Assembly: GCA_951406725.2 (NCBI GenBank)
Contig: OX597815.1
Coordinates: 106,702,001 to 106,766,000, forward strand
Source: Octopus vulgaris
Taxonomy: Eukaryota
Length of the DNA stretch: 64,000 nucleotides
Reading direction: 5' to 3'
The notes beneath the pieces are model-generated. The model was not told the origin of the DNA, did not search any database, and saw only the letters and a program-made list of their open reading frames with translations. Below are positions 54,900-64,000 of the stretch, piece after piece. Position 1 is the first letter of the stretch; every line of letters starts with the position of its first letter. Position numbers and translations under genes: made by a program.

Positions 54900-56535
54900 T
54901 GGCAATACGGACTCCAGAACGGATAATAAAAGAGTCTGGCTCGGCAGGTGCAAGATTCTTTGTGCTGATAAAGTTGTCACATTTGGTGACGTCAGTGCAA
55001 AATTTGACAAGGATTACTAAACCGGGAATGAAGTCGGGAAACATAGAGCTAGAAAGTACAATAGTAATGGCTTGTTACTGCTCCAAATGTGTCAGGAACT
55101 AGATTTATGCCATGTTCCAGCAGAAAGATACTGAACCATATGGTTACATTCAGGCTCGAAGCAGTGGGATATAATTGATTTTGTTTTTGCTTGTGAGCGT
55201 GATGTTCATGATGTGTTGAATCAGCATAGACGGGGAATTTAATGCTGGACTGGCCTTTGTCTTGTTCGTGTAAAAGTGAACTTTATTATCAAACCGAGGG
55301 TAAGAGCCAATGATATGACTATCTAAAAGAAATTAATTGTAACTCGTTTGAAAGATGATGCTATTAAGGAAAAGTTGGCGAAGAGAATGGTCAACAAGGA
55401 ATTCAACGACTCGCGGGAAGCATCTATGTGTTTAGAGGAAAGAAAATATTGAAGATGGTTTCATGAAAATGAAGTTCAGACACTATTAAATGACAAAGAT
55501 GTAGCGCTTACAAGAATCTTTGGTAGAGAACCAGAAAAGCCTAAGAACGAACCTTGTACATGCAGATGAAGTGTAAGGTACAGCATCGGTTTTGTGGCAT
55601 ACTAAATACTTTGTGGGAATAAAGTACACTGTACAGTATATCCGATGGCAAATGTATGTAAATGACATTGAAGTTCTCGAACGTTCTCAGCCTACCAGTG
55701 CAGAAACTCTCGTACTTTAGCACCGATTATGAAGGAGTGGTCATGTGATGATAATGGAAGATAATCAGGTGCTCAAACAATTATTTCTGTGTGGTGAGTT
55801 AGCCCAGAGTAAGAGACCGTCACACAAACAAAAATTAAGGTATAAGGAAGACATTAAAAATATACTGGAGAAGGTCAAAATCTTGGAAATTGGATAGGAA
55901 TTCCTTGCTCTAGATCAGTGAGGGTTCCCCGGAACCTTAGGGTTCCGCCAGTACAGTCCAGGGGTTCCGCAAGAAGTTACAAAATTGCTAAAATCGGCAG
56001 TAATTTTTAATTCTCCTGTGCAGATATGTGTGCATAAAACTATTAAATTATTGCACAAGGGTTCCTCAAGCCAGTGGAATGTTTCCTTGGGGTTCCGCTC
56101 CAGCAAAAAGTTTGAAAAGCACTGCTCTACATCATTCATCACGGAAGAAAGCAGTCCATGGTGAGAAGAGAGAGTTTGAATCAAATCATATCAAGCATGA
56201 ACAGCTCAGGAGAGATATTCATAAGGATTTTGATGTGAATTTATCTGAGTATACTGGCGCACAGCCTGATGAAACATATAACGAGTGTGGTCGTTTCTGT
56301 CTCAGTAAGGCAAGTCTTAGAAGTCATAAGAGAAGACGCAGACATAGGAAACTTGTTTTCTGTGCATTATATGGCATCCCTGCATGCTAGGTGTGCACAA
56401 AATAATGTGCATCAGGAGGTGAACTGAAAAGTTATCAGAAGTTTCACCAAAGTGGTACTGCAAGATGCACACGTTGTTACATCAATGCAATAAAATGTAA
56501 GTCCCTAGCAGGATTCACAAGCCCAATCCATTCTT
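54900..56535 (+). mobile_element. RTE-clade LINE remnant: APE endonuclease + C-terminus, RT deleted, interrupted by a MITE
   Basis: DKVVTFGDVSAK..GKH..KYNSNGLLLLQMCQEL, FQQK..WLHSGSKQWDIIDFV and WFHENE..LL, then IRWQ..EVLER..GHVM.MED..KQLF.GEL..KR..KLRYKE and the C-terminal ECGRFCLSKASLRSH. Confidence 0.88.
55916..56124. mobile_element. hAT-Charlie-type MITE
   Basis: CAGTG...GTTTGAAAAGCACTG termini, internal GGGTTCC repeats and an 8-bp TSD CTCTAGAT/CTCTACAT (NTCTAGAN target). The LINE frame resumes after it. Confidence 0.85.
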
Positions 56536-56631
56536 CTAATTAGGAGAACAATTAAGGGCATAATTTGAAATCATGTATACATGTATATATGTATGTATGC
56601 ATGTATTTTCGTCCGTCTGTCTGTCTTTCTG

Positions 56632-56760
<129 letters not shown>

Positions 56761-57109
56761 ATGTACACACACACATACACACACATACACATATCTCTAT
56801 TAACTGTAAAACTGTATAAGTGACTCAGGCACCTCGAGTTTCGTACATGGACAGTGCGTTTTATCTTTGAACAAAGCAGCTCATTTCAAAATGCTCTGGT
56901 GAGCTCAACTGTAATGAATACCAGTTGAATGGTTGTCGTATAGCCCTTCCTACATCGAGCTGCCACGTCGTGAAGTTCTGCCAGGTCAAGGGAGAGGAAG
57001 CCCATGTCTATTCGCGATTACATAAACAGGTGAAGCAATTAGCGAAAGCATGGTGTTATCAAGTCTTACTCGTGTGCAACTGACAGCTGACTGTACTTCA
57101 TATAATTCG

Positions 57110-57182
<73 letters not shown>

Positions 57183-57262
57183 ATTATCTATCTATCTATC
57201 TATCTTATCTATCTATCTATCTATTTATTAATCTATCTGTCAGTCTGTCTGTTTGTTTCTCC

Positions 57263-57287
<25 letters not shown>

Positions 57288-57295
<8 letters not shown>

Positions 57296-57367
57296 TGTTA
57301 TAAAAAGAAAATAGAAACTACACGTGGAAAGGTAAGGGGAAAGTATATATATATACTTTCCCCTTAC
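57288..57367. repeat. short PLE-terminus-like module with a hairpin, adjoining (TA)n
   Basis: ATAGAAATATGTTATAAAAAGAAAATAGAAACTACACGTGGAAA matches 11248-11292. It is followed by the palindrome GTAAGGGGAAAG-(TA)n-CTTTCCCCTTAC. Confidence 0.7.
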
Positions 57368-57705
57368 ACACATATATATATATATATTTATGTATTTATG
57401 CATGATTGTTTGCATGCACTTGTATGTGCACACAGATACAAAAGCGAAAAGAATCAAACATCACCTAGACTACGAGTGTTGTCTTAATAATAACCATCTG
57501 CACTTACCTAATCCTTCATTATCTTTGTAAACACAATTAAAGATGACAGCTTCTGCCATCACCATCCACACATGTTCAGCTGTTTAACTTTGAGAGATAT
57601 TAGACAGGGAGAGATTTGGAGATGAACTGAGAAAAAAGAGAGTAAAAGAGAAAGAGAGAGCGAGGAGAGAGAGGGAAAGAAAGATGAGGAGGAAGAGACA
57701 AGGAA

Positions 57706-57797
<92 letters not shown>

Positions 57798-58029
57798 ATG
57801 ATATAAAGTAAGAAAGGATGAATGGGAACTGTAGGAGGTGGCAGGGACTGATAAACACGATTGTAAATAATGAGTGAAGTTAGCTGTTGATATTAAATCT
57901 GTTGTATGAAGTATATGCTTTGAGATGAAAGGTTAATACATTTGATATAGAGCGACAAACAGCTACATAGATAAGACGTACAAAACCGATGCAAAAACTG
58001 ATTTATGCATATGTAGGTATGTATATGAT

Positions 58030-58220
58030 TTGTTTAGCCCTAGGTAAACCTCGTTTGAGCGACCTATGATCAAAGGCAATCCAGCAATGGATTTCATGTG
58101 TTGTTGGGGTGTCAAGTACTTTAATCAATATGTCTTCCGTTGCTTAAAATGTTATGGTTGGATATGAGAGTAAGTTGACTGTTATTTTAGCACATTGACC
58201 GACTACATTAAGGCTCCACC
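58030..58220 (-). repeat. old dispersed repeat, family D
   Basis: TGTTTAGCCCTAGG...GACCTATGATCAAAGGCAATCCAGC. Confidence 0.6.
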
Positions 58221-58859
58221 TACATGCGTGTGTGCGTGTATGTGCGTGTGTGTGTGCGTGCGCGCAGGCGTGGAATATATGTTTGGCTGTTTGTTTCTAA
58301 AAGTGTTTATATATTCAAGTTGAGTATACATGCGTACCTATGCACGTAACCGTAGATAAGCGCATTACCTCTAATGCACACAAAATACACAGTTATATGT
58401 GTGGTTGTTTCTGTGTTCATGTACATATGTGTGTGAGAGCGCATGTGTACATATGCTTATAATCAAAAACATATTAATGTTTACACGTGTATGTATAAGT
58501 GCGTGTATATGTGCTTTTGAGTTTGTATATGCACACAACATAATAGAGATATAATTCTTTTCCCCTATATAAGAAGTAGGCATCAGCAGACTCTATAAAT
58601 ATACAGAAATAAATTAGATATTAGAAAGGAACAGATTGCGTCCATATTGCATCGTGCTTACTGGAATGCTCTGAAACGTTCTGAACTAAGTAGAGGAACG
58701 GAATATATGAAATAGTGGATCTGAAGATCGCGCCCAACTGTGTTATCATTTCCCTTTGCTTCAGTTTAGCCTTTCACGGTTTGCAACACCTTGTTAGGAT
58801 TCTTATCTGAGAGACATGAAAAAAAGCACCTCGTATATTACAGGAATTTGAGACACTGA

Positions 58860-59070
58860 CGTTATTGCAGGGATACACCCCCTTAAACTATTAGCTAAGA
58901 GAAATAGTAAGCCAGCTGTCTTTCAAACCATATCCTTATCTTAAACAAGAACTCATTAGATAATGTAGTCTGTGATAAATAAAGAAATGAAAAAGGATTC
59001 GAAGATCTCCGCTTGAATGCCATTGATCATATGTATGCTCGATCATGGCCAGCCTAGGGTTCAACAACAG
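58860..59070 (+). repeat. old dispersed repeat, family D
   Basis: GATAATGTAGTC...GCTTGAATGCCATTGATCATATGTATGCTCGATCATGGCCAGCCTAGGGTTCAACAAC. Confidence 0.6.
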
Positions 59071-59784
59071 CAAGAACAACAATGATAATGACGATGACAA
59101 CAAAAATAACAACAAGCAACATATAATAGCAAAAGACTCTTATCAGACATGGTGCGAAGCCATCAATCAGCCAAGAGATCAGTTGCTATTTGTGCATTCA
59201 AATACAATGGTATATTATTACTACAATACAAAATGATACAACCAATTAAAAAAAGGGAAAACGTAAATACGGAATAGCTTTAATTCTCAACATGACTTCA
59301 AGGTTAATGTGACATATCTTGCGTTAACATTGATTTTTCGTAATAATAGGTAATACATTGTGATAAATTGCGTATCAGACTACTGTGCGTTCTGTTGATA
59401 TGATTAGATGAAATGCGGGCAATACTTTAAACAGTATTCTGGCCATTTGATTATCTAGTGTTTAAAGTTTATTCGCAAGCTTTTCAAATGTTACATTCAA
59501 GAAACTATTTATAAACATATTTACATGCATTGAGCTGGTAATTAATGGAATGATGGTTTAAGTAGCTTTCTTGTCATGTAATCCGATAGTTCATGTTCAC
59601 GATACGCTAACCAGAAAATGAATAGCAACAATAGAAAATACATTATATCATATTATATTTTATATATATATATATAGTAATTATTTTAGACTTGGTTATA
59701 CACCTGGTAGCATGCCGATTAAAGCACGTTCACTGTCTGCGGCTACATTAGTTGATGACATCTGGTAGCCGCAGATAGTAGACG

Positions 59785-59889
<105 letters not shown>

Positions 59890-60819
59890 TGATCTGTCTG
59901 TCTGTCTCCGTAGACACCAGGCTACCACCTGATTTTCCGAGGCATATATCTATAGTTCCATAGAGTAGAGAGGGGTAAGAGACAAATCTCCCTCTAAATA
60001 GGACATCAGACTAATGCAAGTGGTACCTATTACTTAAAATTGGTGTAGTAGATGCGAAATATAATGAAGGCCTCTGCATAGTAAAACAACGGAGCGTCAA
60101 CAGCAGATCTTGATTTGTAACTCCGGGTCAGATATTCAATCTATTTGACCATTTTTCTCTATACATCGACAGGTAATATGCGGAGAAATATTATTTGAGT
60201 CAATGTATTTCTATCATCAAACAGCATAGACATGATTCTCTATTTTCCCATCCAGTCAATTGTAAGGTGTCATCATTGTAGACAAGTTAATATGTCGATC
60301 AAGAGGCTGGAGTTTTTGATGTTCATAACCCCCGTTCACCCGCAGGAGAGTTATTAAAAACAGAGAAAACTTAGGAAAAGCTGGATAAACTAAAAGCCAG
60401 TGATTCACAGTACATAGAACGAATTGCCTATCGTGGTATTGGAAGAGATTATTGTAATTATCATTTTCGTGGTGATCATTGACCGAATTAGGATCATTAC
60501 CAGTCTTACCAATACAAGTTTTAAACTTTCATCGGCCAAGGTTATGATTACTTTTCCGGAGTTATTCTATTAAGAAATGTTGTAAATCTGATTGATTAGG
60601 TCTCCGTATATTCTTGGTCTTATTCATTCTGACATTATAAAGGATAAATTTGATCTGTGTAGAAGTCATAATTTTAAATACTTCAGTACATTTGAATCAA
60701 TATTCCAGAGTTCATTCCAAACTTCTCCATTATTGAATTGAAATGCAATAGAAAAAATGACTGATCCGAGATGAAATGCTGTTGTTAAGACAAATTTCGT
60801 GCGTATATTTATAATATAT

Positions 60820-61130
60820 TTGGTTACGACGACGAGGGTTCCAGTTTATCCGGCCAACAGAACAGCCGGCCTGTGAAATTACGTGCAACTGGCAGAGCAT
60901 TCTACAGACACGCGTACTCTTAGTTTTCAGGGAGATTCAACGTGACATAGGATGTGACAAGGCCGACACTTTGAAACACAGGTACAACTAGTTCCTTTCA
61001 GCTGAGTGGACTTGGGCCACATGAAATAAAGTGTCCTGCTCAAGGACACACGCACCACTGGGTATCGAACTCACGATCGTAAGTTCGTGTGCCGAATACC
61101 GTAATCACTAAGCCACACACACGCGCCTTC
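60820..61130 (-). mobile_element. tRNA-derived SINE, family B
   Basis: GGTTACGACGACGAGGGTTCCAGTT...GAAATAAAGTGTCCTGCTCAAGG...ATCGAACTC...CACTAAGCCAC, the reverse complement of the A/B boxes and core. Confidence 0.8.
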
Positions 61131-61487
61131 ACATATTTTTTCTAATATAGATACAAAGCCAGCCATTTTGAAAGGAGGATGTTAGCTGATTACATCTGCA
61201 GGATGAAAAGTAAAGTGACTTCGGAAAAGAAAGAACCGGAAGGCATTTTTTCCGATGCTCCAATGATTCTACTCTCGTGTATATTTATACTATTTACATT
61301 TATATAGCTTTGTGGGTAAACATTACTACTCTTACCTTAGAGACAAAATTTCCTTGTTCGAATTCAGTTTGGATTATAGTACGCACTCAGGAATGAGACG
61401 TTCGATGAAATTCGGCAGTCTCTAACCTATTGAAGCTTAATGTAAATGTAAATTGTCCGGAAAATCATGTTAATAACATAGAAATTT

Positions 61488-61700
61488 AAGGCGGCGAGTT
61501 GGCAGAATTGTTAGCACGCCGGGTAAAAAGCTTAGTAGCATTTCGTTCGTTTTTACGTTCTGAGTTCTAATTCTGCCAGGTTTAAATTTCGCCTTTCATC
61601 CTTTCGAAGTTGATAAAATAAGTACTAGTTGAGCACTGGGGTTGATCTAATTGACCTACTCCTCCCCCAAAATTGCTGGCCTTGTGCCAAAACTTGAAAG
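61488..61700 (+). mobile_element. SINE family C, full length
   Basis: AAGGCGGCGAGTTGGCAGAATTGTTAGCACGCCGGG...GCCTTTCATCCTTTCG...GGCCTTGTGCCAAAACTTGAAA. Confidence 0.85.
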
Positions 61701-61994
61701 CAATACTATAAACATTTATAGATTCTTTAACAGATAAAAAAGAGAGGAGAGGAGGGAGAGATTAGTTATATATTTCCAGTTCGTTACTATAGTCATAAGG
61801 TATATTTGGCCCGTGTGCATGCGTGTAACTGTATGTACATGGACGGACGACGGTATGCTTCGATGTTGTAGCAAGAATATTGTTGTCTGCCAAGAAAATA
61901 TAACGCAGTATACTTCCAGCATCACAGTAGAACATATTTCAACGAGATACATTGTGAATTAACAGATATAAGTTAGTGAACAGATAAAGTTATA

Positions 61995-62030
<36 letters not shown>

Positions 62031-62099
62031 ATAGGTGTATATGTATATATATATTTATTTTTAATACATGTATATGTATATATATACACACACACACAT

Positions 62100-62130
<31 letters not shown>

Positions 62131-62147
62131 CATACACACATACATAC

Positions 62148-62200
<53 letters not shown>

Positions 62201-62382
62201 AACACACACACACACACGTATGAACGTATAAACAAATATATAGGCTTTCGAATAAATAAATTATAGTTATTGGGGAAACGAAGTAAATTGAGGATAGCTT
62301 AGAATTCTTAATCCGGCTTACAAACTTTCATAACATAACTTCCATATTTTAAAATCCTCCTCCTCCTCCTCCTCCTGCGCGC

Positions 62383-62383
<1 letters not shown>

Positions 62384-62420
<37 letters not shown>

Positions 62421-62473
62421 AATTAATAATAATAATAGCAACAACAACAACAATAACCACAACTATAAAAATA

Positions 62474-62504
<31 letters not shown>

Positions 62505-62730
62505 AATTAATAATAATAATAGCAACAACAACAACAATAACCACAACTATAAAAATAATCTTAATAGTAATCATAATAATAATTGTAACAACAACAACAG
62601 CATCAGCAGCAGCAACAACAACAACAGCAACAACAACCACAACCACAACAACAATAACAACAACAACAAGGAAAAACAATAATAATGATAATAAAAATAA
62701 TAATGACGATGATGAGGATAGTAATAATCA
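62384..62730. repeat. compound (AAT)/(AAC)/(AGC) low-complexity tract with an internal ~80-bp duplication
   Basis: ATGATAATGAAATTAATAATAATAATAGCAACAACAACAACAATAACCACAACTATAAAAATAAT occurs twice. Confidence 0.9.
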
Positions 62731-64000
62731 CCACCATTACTATCATATTCATTAAAAACATCAATGTCTATTCCGATCGGAAAGACACGTCACACTTATG
62801 AGCGCGCACACACACACACACACACACGTGCATATGTATTCATACGCACGCATTCCCCCTCTCTCACACACACACACGAACGTCCACACACATGAGAACA
62901 GTTACTAAAATTCCCACTCCTACACGTTTACATGCACTTACACAGAATACCATACACATACAAATTCATGCAGAAGACGCATGCGTAAACACACACATAC
63001 ACAAATACATGTTCGTTTTCCTAAAATACTTTTTAGGGGGAAGTATTATCCAACATATTTGTTGCCACGTTTTTCGTTTTATTTATTTATATTTTTTAGC
63101 AAAAAGTAATTAGAATATTTCTATAAAAAGAATCAAATACTATTTTAAATTGTTCCATATTCCTGAGAATATTGCATTTATATGTATGAAGATAAATATT
63201 TGTTTATCACATAGCAATATATGTTTTTATATCTTTTATCTGAGAGAATTTGTTATGCAACCTGAAAGGATATAAACTAAATCTAAGTAACCATTTGATT
63301 TTTTGTGCCTTCTATTGCGAGATTAAATACCTAAACATATAACCAATCTCTCCCTCCTCTCCTCTCTCTTCGTCTCTCTCTCTTTCTCGCTCTAATGTTA
63401 TACACACACACACACACACATACACACGCACTAAAGCAGTCCAGTAGCCATCATAAAGATACCAACTACCAGTACCACGTGAATCTCGCAACAAAGATAC
63501 GTGAACTGATATAAAGAACCAATATAAAGAAAGAATAATTCATTTAAATATATTTAAGTTATTTTCCCTTCTTTTGCAACATCACTAAATCGGATTTTCA
63601 AACGACTGAAACTGGTAGCATATTTTAATATTAAAAGTGAATATTGTTTTTTCTTTTGTCCATGATAAAGTTCTGAAAGCATTCTCTTCTTTATGATTTG
63701 TATATGTATATGTTTGTGTTTGTTTGAGTGTGTGTGTGTCTGTGTGTGTCCCTCTCTCTATATATACGCACACACGCGCATAAATGCATATGTGTGCGTG
63801 AGTACATGCTAACATGTATGTATTTATACACATATGCATGTATTATGTATGTGTGCATGTATGTGTAATGGTATTTGACATAAATCTGCGTTGCCAATTA
63901 TAAACACAGGCACAGTGTGACAATCAGAAGGATCCAATAAGAAAGGATCTTATACATGGTTGATCCATCTTTTAGAAACAGCAACCAAATTTCCCTCAAA

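Noticed and set aside
56028-56390. Zinc-finger-like ORF as a host C2H2-ZNF gene
   Set aside because: It is the C-terminus of the decayed RTE LINE, and the ORF starts inside a MITE.

Overview
This is AT-rich, microsatellite-dense animal DNA, almost certainly intronic or intergenic, and I could not support any intact host protein-coding gene. The SINE families and repeat landscape look like an octopus (coleoid cephalopod) genome, which is an inference from recognised repeats. Most ORFs in the track are translations of (TA)n, (CA)n, (TATC)n and (ATT)n. The real content is a layered transposon graveyard. DNA elements: a full-length dead Tc1 (18480-19733), a full-length dead mariner (43034-44289), a non-autonomous Helitron and hAT MITEs. 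Retroelements: R4/Dong-type RLE retroposon fragments in (TAA)n and (TACA)n tracts, an RT-deleted RTE LINE, a CR1-like fragment, several tRNA-derived SINE families and Penelope-like element (PLE) fragments. The most notable signal is a set of short inserts in (TA)n tracts. Several form long hairpins with the 3' tails pointing outward into the (TA)n, and several carry hammerhead-ribozyme cores. These include a near-intact minimal hammerhead at 52306-52393 and a mirrored pair forming a 132-bp palindrome at 52811-52942. Next to them, an apparently exact 268-bp copy of DNA from 2 kb downstream sits inside a (TA)n tract. Together these suggest a (TA)n-targeted, ribozyme-bearing PLE/retrozyme-like system whose breaks are repaired by twin priming and templated insertion.
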